The notes under the pieces were generated by a model. That model was not told where the DNA came from. It searched no databases and worked only from the letters and a program-made list of their open reading frames with translations. A stretch of 64,000 nucleotides of DNA, from NCBI RefSeq assembly GCF_018977255.1, contig NW_024704742.1, positions 93,560,001 to 93,624,000 on the forward strand. Direction: 5' to 3'. Of this stretch, positions 51,915 to 64,000 are shown piece by piece. Both the position numbers and the translations under genes were made by a program. Position 1 is the stretch's first letter, and the number at the start of each line of letters is the position of its first letter. Origin of the DNA: Callorhinchus milii. Taxonomy: Eukaryota.

Positions 51915-54864
51915 TCAGGGCCTTTTTTAAATGTTATATTTTTTTGAAGGATGGAAATTTTTAAATAGAAAATTCATTCATTTGGTGCGATTATTATTGT
52001 AAAATGTTAAATTTCCTCATGGAAAATCTTACACACAAATAACAGGAGGCATGTTGATAAATGTTGTGATGCCCAAGTGTCTGTTGATGTCACTTGACTA
52101 GTGAAAAGTGGTACATCCTGCATACAGAGCACATGTTCAGTGTGCCTCCAGTAACATTAGCAGTGACCTGACAATTCAAAGTCATCCATTTTTAGTACCA
52201 AGAGCTGACCAGGCCCCAGTAGGAGCTGAAATTGTACCACATTCAATAACAAGAACATGAATAATAATCTTTAATATAGCACCTAATCATGTTGTCAAGA
52301 CAACTCAAAGTGCTTCACAGAATTTTACTGTGCAGTACAGTGATTGTATTTGTAGGTAAGTGTGTCAGACAGTTTGTTCTCAGCAGTGTCCCACAAACAG
52401 CCATGAAGTGAATGGCCGATTTTATATGGGGTAGTGTTGATCACGACCCTGGGAGAAACTCAAATAGTGTCACGGAATCTGATCAGACGAGCAGGACCTC
52501 AGTTTAACATCTCATCTGAAGAACGACACTTCTGACAACACAGCATTCCTCAGGCATGGAGGAATGGAGTATCATGCCAGACTGCATGCTCAAAGACCTT
52601 CTTTGGGGCTTGAACCCACAACCTTCTGACAGAGAGGCAAGAATGCTACCAACCAAGCCAGGCTGACACCTTGGGAAACAGTTCTGACACTCCCACAGGG
52701 CTCCCTTGTTAAACTAAAATTCACACTCTACTGAGGGACTTAACAGCGGGGTCGTCCTGTATAAAAACAGCATATGTAACATTTTATACCTGAAAGACTG
52801 CAAATACTTGATCATGGGACTTACTAAGTAAGTTAAACACTGCAGCAGATTCAGAAGCGAGCTCCGTCTGATACAATAGGTTAGTGCAGTAGGAAAAGAA
52901 ACCACTTCTTCCTATAGAATAAGCATTCTAAGAATAAGCTGTACCAATTTTCTATTTAAATTTTTCCCATCCTTCAAACAGCTCAACATTTTAAAAGCCC
53001 CCGAGCTGTGTAAAAGATATTTGGCAAACCTTTTGTTTATTTGCGAGCACAGAATGTAGCGACACAAGAGTGTCAAAAATCATCAATGTGTGTTATTCTA
53101 ACAAATACGATGTGTGGCTCTTTTGGCTATTCTCTCTCGCCACCCAAAATAATTGCTAGACACGTTTTAAGAAAGAAAATGTCCCTTTCATAGATCATTC
53201 CGCAAAGTGTTCCGTTCCACCTGTACATCGAGCAATTTATTTGAGCGCATTTGTAGTACAGTACTTACTTTTGGTTGTCGGAACAATGATGGGAAATGTT
53301 GGAGACATTGCTGTGTGGGAATTACTTGCTTAAAGCCATTCCAGTAGGTCATCAAAGGGCACACAGTTCCTTTGGTAAGAATAAGCATACCGCTCAGCAA
53401 TGTAGATCTGCTGGACAAAAGTGATGACTAATTCAACAGGCACTCAAGAAACTACCAAATTTTCAACTCCCTCAAGTGTTGTCTGCTAGACAAGGTACAA
53501 GGAGCATGGTTAGAAGCAGCTTTCCTGTCCCTTAGTGTCACAGTAACCTCTAGTGGAAATGGAGTGCAACTTAGCAAATAGAAAGCAAAGCTCTGGGGAA
53601 ACCCATACCCATGCTCTGCTGTCTGAGCACTAATTATTCCTGTCACAGACACATTTGTTCTCTTCTTCGCTTTCACTCCAACTGTGCCCAATGGCCAATG
53701 AATGGCGTAAAAGCAAGCAACATTGAGCATTTGGCTCAGTTCACAGGACTGTTGGAGTGAGTGGCTTACATTGAGTGAGACAGTGCCTATGGTACAATGT
53801 AACAGTGCAGTTATGCGCTGGCTATACATTACCCGAGAGGCTCCTAGATCTTGCTGAAACAGTGAGACTTTGAAGAAATTACATAGTATGATACAGGACA
53901 GACACTGGCCATTGGGCACAACTAGTCCATACCCCTCTTTACTGTCCACAAACACCTCCATGCCTCCTAAACCCATATATTCTCTTCTCCCTTACGTATG
54001 CATCACGCTTCCTCTTAAATCCTACACGCTTAAACAGAGACACTTTCAATTACCTTGAGATTTTACTGAGCTCCAAAATGAAAGTTTTAAATCATTGGCA
54101 CAGTGAGATTTCAAGAGATGCACCATTGTGTCAAACATAAGACACTGATGATCTAATTGAAGTCAAAACCTTTCATTGCTTTCTAGAAGCATCTCCCTGA
54201 TCTGTGCCACAGCACTAAAGGGTAACCTAGGACATGGACTGAGATTCATACAGCAACTTTTCACACCCAGGCTACCAAGAGGGATAAATTTATGACCTTT
54301 CATGACACATTCCTCAGAATAATTATGATGAAACGTCACAAGCTTCAACCCAATATTTCAAACGGAATACCCCACCTCTGTGACCTCCTGTGACCTTAAT
54401 GCAAGTTGAGGCAGTGTTCCTCAAACTGGCACTGAAATGTTACGTCCATGTATTGGCAGAGCCAAAATAGCTGCCCAATGGTTTAATCGCTGCAGAAACC
54501 ACGCTTACACAGAAACATTTTGTACAAAAATCTGGGGGCAGTTGGTCCTCCCGGAATAGATTTCATAGGAACATCCCCAGCAGTGCCACTGAATGATAAT
54601 TAAACTGATGATGATCATCCCATCACATCCTGCATTTCTCACCTCATACCTCATTACACATAGGTTTTAGACAATTATCAAGTCTGCCTGGCTACCGGTG
54701 CAAAAGCAGTTGAATTTTCATTGCTCTCCAGTGCAGGATCTAAAGACAACAATGAGCCTACCAGGAAATGGAATCAGTGCCTGACATCAATTCCTAAAGT
54801 TGGTGCAGCCTCAAATTGCAGAGAGTCAGATAGAGAAGCAGTAACTCTCTGCTTCTAGCATTTG
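51913..54864 (-). repeat. Right arm of 2.95-kb inverted duplication
   Basis: Reverse complement of 33929-36879. Confidence 0.97.
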
Positions 54865-54940
54865 TTTCTAGAATAAAGCTACAGTGCTTGTTGGTTATTG
54901 TTTTCTTGAAATGTAGTGTTCAATTTGAAATGAAATCCTT

Positions 54941-55265
54941 ATAATAATAGTAATAATCCTTGCATTTGATATAGCGCTTTTCACGTCGGGAGGACGTCCC
55001 AAAGCGCTTCACAGAACACACTGTAAAGTGAATTGACTGTATATTTGTGGGCGAACGCGGCAGCCAATTGCGCACAGCAGTGTCCCACAAACAGTCGTAG
55101 ATTGAAAATGACCAATTTATTATTGTTTTTGTTTTTGGAGGGATTATTATTAGGCGTGTGGAGTAAGGAAACTTGCCCAAGGTTTCGCCCTGACCTGCCG
55201 GGGATTGAACTCAGGTCTCTCACTTGCAAAGCGAGTGCTCTAACCACTGAGCTACAGAACTCCAC
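54941..55265 (-). mobile_element. Young tRNA SINE, full length
   Basis: Family head, body and tail. Confidence 0.9.
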
Positions 55266-56886
55266 TGGAATGCGGTCATCTTCCCACTCCATCCTATTTG
55301 CCCTCCCCCCACTCCCTCAACTGTCTAGCACCTCGGGATGTTCTCCTGACGTGAAAGGTGCTGTGCAATTTGTTGTTGTTGATGTTCTTGTTGATAACCT
55401 GTACCTAATATGATAGTCATTCACTGCCTGCAGATGTGTACCAGCACAAGAGACTATGCTCCTGGGAGAGTTGTGCATTACAGAGATTGCAAATGGCAAT
55501 TTCGGGACAGATATCAGGACGTTTTTGATTACTCAGAGAGTAATTAACGACTGATGGGTGTGATGGGAAGATGGTAAGGTGGGTTCTCTGGAAGGATGAG
55601 ATCCGATAGGCTAAAGGGCTTTCTTCATTCAAACCCATCTTGTGATCTTGCATAATTATGGGTGCATGTGACTTTTTGTGATATCTTGTGTAAGGAATTT
55701 ATTTGACCATTACCCAACAGGCTCCAATTCAATGAAATCCTGGTAGTGGAGCAATTCAGGTTTGAATCTATCTGGGCCTGGGACCAGTTTAAGGAAAAGA
55801 AGGTTCTGCTGCCTGAATATCAGGGCATAGATTCTCTCCTACAATTCTTCACATTGTAAACTCAGTAACCTTAGTGCATTATCCATTGCTGGGAATAGCA
55901 GATCAATGACAAATCTGTCAATCCACTCAGACAAATGCTAGTGAGTAATTTTGTGAGGTTGAACTCAGTTCCTAAGTGCTTTATGGCTGAAGGAGCAAGA
56001 CATTTTTCTGCTGATCACCCCAGACTCCAGTGCTGTCTGATGCAAGTGCAAAGGGAAGCTGGTTAATTATCATCCAATTAATTTTTTAGATGTAATTTAA
56101 ATTGCTTTAGTATTAGTTTTGTCTTGACAATATTTTGAACATCAATTTTCTCTTTATTAAATATACTTTACATTTGGACCACCTACTGATGAATGTGTTA
56201 GTAAAGGGAGTTAGTCCAAGGTAGAAGAAAATACCTTCATACTTGACACCAGGGTCATTTCTGAGTATTCTGGTCCTAAATGCATCTTACTTGTCAATTA
56301 GATGAAAAAATAACGCCGTTTTAGAGTTACAAGAGTTCATTTCTAGACCATTTGATTTGTTGAAGGTTGAAAGAGCCATATTACACCTACTTAGGGTTAG
56401 TACATAGAAATGTATAGGAATTGAAAAGACTATTGAGATCTATCTAATTCTTCCTAAAGTGTACATCTAGAACTGTCAATTGTTACTATTTAAGAGTGAT
56501 GGTGGTTCAAACAGATTTCAAGACATAATTTATATTTGATGCAGACTTTATTGAACACGGCTTGTAAGCTACATCACCATTGATCTGTTCCCAATGTGGA
56601 CACCTCTGAAACATCACTGCAGCAGGAGAGGACTGCACAGATTACAGTTGTGAAGGGAATCCTTTAGGGCAGATACCAGTAGTATTCTTTCTACCAAGAG
56701 GGTATTGAACAGTTGCCAGCAAGGTGGATTGAGGTAAGGACACTGGACTCATTTAAGAAACAGCTTGTTGCTGTAATGGGAGGGTGATATATTGGGCATT
56801 CATCACAATCGGGCTCGACTACGCAAACTCTATGCTTTTCGGTATCCCCAATTCCTCCCTCCACAGCCTGCAGGTCATCTAGAACT

Positions 56887-57230
56887 CTGAATTGACCGTA
56901 TATTTGTGGGCGAAATGCGGCAGCCAATTACCCTAGCAGTGTCTCACAAATAGTCATGGATTGAAAATGACCAATATATTATTGTTTTGTTTTGGAGGGA
57001 TTATTATTAGGTGTGTGGAGTAAGGAAACTTGCCAAGGTTTCGCCCTGCCTGGAATTGAACCCAGCTGTCTCGCTTGCAAGGCGAGTGCTCTAACCACTG
57101 AGCCACAGGACCCCTACCCCTACCCTCACCACCCTCCACCCCTCCTGATCCCAAGCACCAGCGACAGTCTAGAGCCTTACAATGTCCTTCTGACGTGAAA
57201 GGCGCTATACAAATGTAATTTGTTGTTGTT
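56887..57230. mobile_element. tRNA SINE (-, 56887-57110) between L2 remnants (+)
   Basis: SINE head and body; L2 tail GACGTGAAAGGCGCTATACAAATG at ~57192-57230. Confidence 0.75.
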
Positions 57231-58304
57231 TTTATTCTGAGGCAAATACCCAGAGAGTCTTCTTCATCTGAACCTTTCTTGATCTTATGCTTGCTCTCTT
57301 CCATTAGCGGAAGCTCTTGCAACATTTCTGATGTTTTTGCAAAATGGAGTGTAGAGAGGTCTGACTGAGGCTAATACTAATGGAACATAATTCTGAAAAT
57401 GAATCAGTTTTGCCATCTACTTATCAGGTTTGTGTGGTGTGATACTTTTCAGAAAATACTGCAGTCTGAACTGACTACTAGCAGCTGTTATTTTCTGGTT
57501 TGTTTATTTTAATTGTAATTTTTACTGCCTTCAACTACAGAAGAAGTCTCCAAACACAAGATCTGGTACGAATGCTGTAGGAGCCCTCTGCATTATCTCT
57601 TTTTTTTACTGCCATGGCCTCTATATAGAAGATTGGGTTACACCCTCGCTTTTTCCTAGTCCCAATGAATTCATGTTTACAGTGAGCCCATGCACGACGT
57701 ATCCTAGCGAGTGAGACTGATGACAGGTTCTGGGTAACATTTAATAGTATCCAAGTGAAAGAAATGGGGAAACAGTACATTCCGAACAGTCAGGGCTATA
57801 GACATGTAGCTTATGGACATTGCAGTGTAAATTCTACACTGTTACTGACTCCAGTTTCAATTTCAATTTTGAACTTTTCTTTTCAACAATGAGAGTTATT
57901 TTAAAAAAAGAAGAAAATCTAAACTTCACCTGTAGAGCAATAGTAAAAGGGCACAGGCCTATCAGACTGGCTCATGTGAGCCTCATTGCCTGTGTTTGTG
58001 GATTTAGATGACTAACTTTTGATATTCAATCAAATATTGGCGAAAGGGGTGGAAAGAACAAATTGAAACCTCCTTGCATGCCTGAGACATAGCGATGTAT
58101 AAAAGCTGCTAACAGTGCAAAAAAATCAATGGGATGGGGAACTTGTAGTTACTCAACATTCACCTTCCAACAGAGGTCACCAAATAATGTTAGCAGTGGG
58201 GACATAGCTGATCTTTCTGCTCTTTAGTTCAGAGACACAATTATAGTACCTCTGGCTCACAATAGCTGACTCCGTGCACATTGAAGTTGGGGTATTCCTG
58301 TTGT

Positions 58305-58852
58305 AAGTAGCCCTGCTTGTCGGCCTTCCAACTCCTCCCTCCACACGCTGCAGATAATCCAGAACTCTGCAGCCTGTGTCCTCTCCTGCACCAAACTCCG
58401 TGACCCCATCTCCCCCATTCTCGTCCAACTCCATTGGTTCCCTATCCTTCAGAGGATCCAGTTCAAAATCCTGGTCCTCACCTACAAAGCCTGCCATGGC
58501 CATGCCCCACCCTACCTCTGTGACCTCCTAACCCCCTACTAACCCACCCACTCCCTCCGCTCAGCCGGCTCTGGCCTGCTCCATGTGCCCGACCCACCTG
58601 CCCCACCATTGGTGGGAGAGCCTTCCGTCTCTCTACCCCCAACCTCTGGAATTCCATCCCCCAATCACTTCCCCTCGCCCCCTCCTTAGCCTCCTCAAGA
58701 CCCTCCTCTTCGACCATGCCATCGGCCACCTCCTTTCCCCTCCCTTCCCTTCTCCTCCCCTGACCCCAGCTCGGGTCTGAAATGCTGTACACTGTCCAGC
58801 GCCTTGGAACGTTCTCCCGACGTGAAAGGCCTATACAATGTAATGTTGTTGT
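58305..58852 (+). mobile_element. L2 3' fragment
   Basis: ctgcagataatccagaactctgc, ctccattggttccc, ctctggaattcc; (GTT)n tail. Confidence 0.88.
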
Positions 58853-61800
58853 TTGTGCCACACAAGTGCTGCATTTTTCCACTGAGCAACTTTTCCAACA
58901 AGCTTCTCAATGGACCAGCCCAGGAACAGTGCACTTTCATTGTACCTTTCTAACGGGATTCCCACCATCTTTCCCTACACATTTTTTCTATGCATATATA
59001 ATATGTTATTTAAAATATTCAACGTATGATGATGTCAAACTGGTATGGAAGAATTGCTAAGGATTTGCCATTTTCCTCTGCCTGAAGTTACACATCTTAG
59101 TTACAGATCTTAGTATCTAATTATAACAAAACCTCAACAAAGCAATTTGCGAATTGCCTCATTGTACAGCAGGAAACATATGGTTATTTTCAAACCTCCT
59201 ATGTTTTAACCCTTGATAAACACTGTTCTTTTCTATTTAATGTACATATATTAACTGCTTCAAATTAACTTTTCTGATTAAAGAAATCTTCATCATATTA
59301 AACTCTTGACAATTTCACAATATTCTGGTCAATACTCTCCTCAAATCAGCCTATTTGTGAAAAAGATGATTCCTCTATAACTCGACCTACACTGGAGATG
59401 GCAGGACATATCGCCAAGCATTTTCACTTTCATGGCTTACGAATGGTATTGAGTCAGTGACTTGAGGGCATCAACTTGAAATAGTCAGAATCTACATTAG
59501 TTTCCATAAAGGGAATTAGATAGATAGCTAAAAAGGAGCAAAATACAGGGAAAGAGCAGGTAAATGGGACTGAAAGGACTGCTCTTAAAAGAGGCAGCAC
59601 AGACACAATGGTCCAAATGGCCACCTTCTATACTATAGAAATCTACAACACAGAAGGAAGTAAGTTGGTCCATCAAGCCTTCACAAAGCAAGGAGATCAC
59701 TTCCCACCACTCTGCCTTTATCCTCAAACCCCTTCAAGATCCCCTCCAACACATGGCTGTCTACTTCCCTCTTGAAAGCTATGGTTCTAAGAAATAACAC
59801 ATTAATGGGTAAAAATGCATTGAATTGTAAGATGATTCCTATTGGGAATAATGATAAAAATAATAACTTGTACAGTATTTATACATAATTGGAGATATGC
59901 AAGTGGAGACTCCTGATAACTGGCAATACTTAATTGTATTTTGTGGGAGTTCCTGTGGGTCAGTGGGAATTTGAACAAGATTTTTTATTAAGGAATCTTG
60001 GTAGAAATCACTGTATTTTAAACCCCAACAGTGAGCAGAAAGTACTAGTTAATACTGAAATAAAACTGTACTTTTGTTGCATGGGAAATGTCTTGAACTG
60101 ACTACTGTGGATTGACTTCAAGATCCTCATTATAGCTTTTAGATGCCTTCAGTATCTTCCTCTACCTAAGCTCTGTGATCTCATGTGGTCCAATATCAGC
60201 ATAGCTGAAGAGATGGGCCTTATGGCGGGTTTTAAAGACAGAAAGAAGTTAGGGGCAGAGGGCCAAAGGCATAGCCACCCATGGTGGCACAGAGGTGGGT
60301 GGGGGTACCCTGCAATCTTTCAGCCTCTGTGTTCTACGATCTTGTGAACTCTGAGACCATTTTTTAACTATTTGAAACTTAAAGTTATATAACAGCCTTG
60401 CATTGACTTCTATTGTACTTCTTATACAATGTGTACTGAGTTTATTCAGGCGTGAGGTTATTTAATTTCCACTTATATCTCATGATGCCCACACCAAAGG
60501 GCTAAGGTAATCTCTGAGATGTGTCTCAACTGATGATCAGCAGATTATATTTGGGAGACAACACAGCGAAGGAAGTGTAAATAAGGAATAAAACGCGGCT
60601 TGCGATGTGCTAATTATCACCAGTGACAATCATCACATCACAAGTCACACTTTTCACCCCAATATCATATAAGTTTTCTAAAATGCAATTAAAAGAGGTC
60701 AGGTGCAATCCCTATAATATTCTTCCCAAAAGTTCTCAACTGAACAGAGTGAAAGGGGAGAAATATGTATCAAAAGATCAGTGAAGTATGCTGTGTCAGA
60801 TTACATCTGTTCCCATGCTATAATTTTCCATTTTTAATGCTTAATCGTAGCAGTGAGTATAATGACAGTACCTCAGTTGTTGATGTGGAGGCATTCAGTT
60901 TGGTCTGATGGGATCTCAGCTAATGAGAAAATAGAGACCTTCAACTTTGGAGTCAACACATCATTAATAGAACTGGCTGAACTCTGTTGAGGGGAACCTT
61001 GATCTTTGACCTTTACAATCATTCTTCAAACTCCCTGCCCCCCCCATTACAGAGTTGGGAATAAATTGATAAGGTACTATTAACTATTAACTCCTGGATC
61101 AAGGTAATTTCCCAATCTCAAAAGTTAATGCAGCATTTTGCTTTTTTAGGTACATTTCTAGCTTTTCGCGTACTGAAAATACATGTTTATCCTATTCAAG
61201 TAAAGGTTCCATTACTGAACAGGCAGTGCCTTGGAGGCTGAAAGATTGTGTAACACAGTAACTAGACTTTCTGAATTGTTTTAAATTGGTCAAATGCTCC
61301 AATTGAAGTGTGATTTTTTGGGACAGAAAATAATTATTGCAATGGCAGAAAATCGCAGTGTGTGATGTGATAATTATCATGGTGATAATGATCATATTGC
61401 TGGAGAATGAGATAAACAAACAAGCTGATGCCCTGACTCACGTACAGGCTTACTGTCTGGGAGCAGCAGACAGATAAACAGGGTCCCCCCCTGTTGCGGA
61501 TGTTCCAAAGGTTGACCACTATAAATGAATAAAGACCGTTTTTAGTGTGCAACTCCCTTGTTCTAGTTATAATATGTCTAAGACTGTCTTACCTTATTAC
61601 AGTACTTTAAAAAATAAAACTCTTTATTTGGTGCAAACTGAGAAGACGCCCCTCATAAGTGACCATTAATTTGATTGTGTATGATATGTTTTACAAGCTT
61701 GTGCAAATGATAATCACATTTCGTCATGTGCACAAATGGTCACGTTCCCACGTATTAATGTTTGTAGACAGTGGGCACCTTCAAGGACATGTTTACATGA

Positions 61801-61949
61801 TAACTATCTAATTTAATTTTTCTATTTTAGAAGTGTTCCACTGACTTTTGCCCTCATTTCATTTCTCTTTACTCTCACTGTGCTGCTTGGAAATCAGGAC
61901 AGGATTTCATGGATGCTACCTTGAGCCACTTCCTGCTTAATGTCAATAA

Positions 61950-62306
61950 GTTGCTTTTTGCTTTTTTTCAGTCAGCCGGATGTCTGACATACGTGGAAAG
62001 CCATCACCATGCTTAAGAATATCCAACCCAAACTGAGAATTCCATGCATCCCAACTTACACGTGGAAATCCCAGAGATAGTTTGTTGGAAAGGAATGCAC
62101 ACTCTCTCCCTGGAGGCATGCATCCTGCTTACCTAATTTCGGAAAATATTAGGCACAGGTTTGAAAGAGCCAAGGATTTTGGACCCCAGAGTGTGCTGAC
62201 TGGCAAGCTTTCCCGCTGCTTACCTAGCTAGGAGCGCCCTACGCATTAGGGCTTTGGCTTGCTGGGTTAAAAGGAGCTGAGTGGGAAAAATCCCTGCTTC
62301 CAGCGA
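61950..62306 (-). mobile_element. Unclassified interspersed repeat, copy 4
   Basis: Homologous to 32740-33118 in reverse; terminal GTCAG...CTGAC hairpin and A-rich tail. Confidence 0.75.
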
Positions 62307-63267
62307 CTGGAACAGTGACTTTACAGAGAACAGTGACCATGTTCAATGAACATCCTAGGGAGGTAGTAGAGACTCACTGTTAATGGCTATGAGAGGTAGG
62401 TATACTGTGTGATTTTTTGGGGGGATAGAGATTGTATAATGAGCTTTTCTAACCCTATGTTTCTAAGCAATTAAAGCTCAAACCAACACAACTCTCGGGG
62501 TTAGTACAATTCCTGAACATTAAAGTGTAATGAATGGAATACTTTGAATAATAATAATATTCTAATTTCCTTATAAGAAGGTGGACAGCTTAACTAATAA
62601 AATATATAATCGTCATAAAACAATCATTTAATAGTTTGGAAGAATAAATCTCAGTTTAAGATTTAAAACGTTCTAATATTTTTAGTCTTCCATTATTGTT
62701 CTTATTGAAGGATCAGGCACATTGTAGTATAAAGCAGCTGATTTAAGTCTTTCCCCAGGTGTCTAGTTTCTTTCTCAGTAAAAGCTCCAATTTCCTGGCT
62801 TCATTCACAGTAACCTTGATGAGTGTTGGCTCCCTGGCAGCTGTTTATACATTCTGTTAAATGCACATGTACAGTACGTTTTAGATAATGGACGTACAGC
62901 AGCGAGGATCCAACTGAGAGTCAAAATGTTGCAATAATCTCTATTAATACAGCTCAAGCCGCTTCTATCCAGGGCTTGAAGTCTCTCCTCCGTATCTATT
63001 ATTTTCTACAATATTGTACAGTATAAACAATTTTAATGTTTGGCGCCAAAGATATTTAAGCATTGAAGTCTATGTCTCATTGCCTCAAACCTGGGATATT
63101 CTACAGAACAAAGAAACCCATTATTGGTAATCTGCCATAATAGTTATGAAGGTTAAGAACATTTGTGCTTTTTTAGTTTGATATCTTTAGTGAATTATTT
63201 GTGCTCTTCAAAAATGAGTAATGCCAGTGCTGAAAGTGGAATATTTTCCACTTTAGGTCCAGACTTA

Positions 63268-63492
63268 TGGAGTCCTGTACCTTAGTGGTTTTGATTTAGC
63301 ACCTTATCATGTCATTGAGACATCTCAAAGCGCTTCACAGAATGTATTGTAAAGTGAATTGACTGTGCATTTTGTGGAAGAAACACGGCAGGCAATTGTG
63401 CACAGCAGTGTGCCACAAACAGTCGTGGATTGAGTGACTGATTTATTTTTCTTATAATTTTTTTGAGGGTTTATTACCCCTGGAAAGCGATC
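63268..63492. mobile_element. Rearranged tRNA SINE: 22-nt head (+) fused to tail/body (-), cut at 63492
   Basis: TGGAGTCCTGTACCTTAGTGGTT then TTGATTTAGCACCTTATC...GGAAAGCGATC. Confidence 0.75.
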
Positions 63493-64000
63493 TGTCACGG
63501 TTGCACTATTCTTGCAGTCTTTTGTGATGTGTATATATGTTTTATAATTCTATAATATTATTTAAGGGAAATGGGGAGTCCTGCCCTTTCTGTAGTTGCA
63601 GAACCTGCTTGCAGCAGAGAGGTAGCATGCAGCATGCACGAGTTTGCAAGAAAGTATAGATCCAGAGCTGCTTGATTGACAGTCAGCTAAACAAGCAGCC
63701 TGCAGAGTAAAATAACATGCGGGCGCTAGCGTGGGAAAAATCCCTCGCATTTACATCATACGGTGGGCAGAGCCATACGCATATATAAGGCAATGCTCAG
63801 CGCTCCTCGTGGTCGCTAACTAATGGTCGTCATCCAATATGTACTGACGTGAATAGGACAACTGTACAGTCAGGGTTGTTTTTCATGTTTCTTTACTAAT
63901 GTAGTTTTGTGCTGCCAGTTGTTACAGTTATGTGTGATTGTTATGTTTGATCGGATTGTTGTATATCTTCCATTGTTGTGTTCCTTATATTACAAATTAG
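63493..64000 (+). mobile_element. Probable LTR (Gypsy-like) starting TGTCACG, running off the right edge
   Basis: Abruptly interrupts a SINE, begins TG, retains many CpGs, and has a TATA-like ATATATAAGG at 63781. No CA end or internal genes visible. Confidence 0.45.

Noticed and set aside
33929..54864. Giant TIR transposon (Polinton/foldback type)
   Set aside because: No transposase, integrase or polymerase in the spacer, no target-site duplication, the arms contain old host SINE sequence, and the junctions are asymmetric.
51913..54872. Helitron (A|TC start, terminal hairpin, nearby CTAG)
   Set aside because: CTAG is not followed by T, the interrupted SINEs do not resume on the other side, and an older inverted repeat crosses the supposed 5' end.
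14600..64000. Exons of the upstream neighbour expected from human synteny (SLC35D2)
   Set aside because: I found no matching peptide by eye; short exons could have been missed, and tblastn would settle it.

Overview
Repeat-rich vertebrate genomic DNA. The CR1, L2 and tRNA-SINE families point to a cartilaginous fish, possibly a holocephalan (inference). The only host gene I can support is the 5' end of HSD17B3 on the minus strand: coding exons 1-3 at 7565-7709, 4571-4617 and 2302-2377, with the gene continuing off the left edge. The remaining ~56 kb upstream is intergenic, made of CR1, L2 and L1-like LINE debris, two SINE lineages, Penelope-like fragments carrying minimal hammerhead-ribozyme motifs, an unclassified four-copy retroposon and a probable LTR at the right edge. 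Two recent structural events stand out. (1) A tandem duplication directly upstream of HSD17B3 (7880-10312 / 10313-14571) has its breakpoint inside the promoter CCAAT box, and its G-quadruplex-type minisatellite is ~0.44 kb in one copy and ~2.3 kb in the other. (2) A ~2.95-kb near-identical inverted duplication (33929-36879 / 51913-54864) brackets 15 kb; both novel junctions lie in truncated SINEs with microhomology, which suggests a template-switch inversion rather than a transposon. Repeat boundaries are approximate and read by eye.
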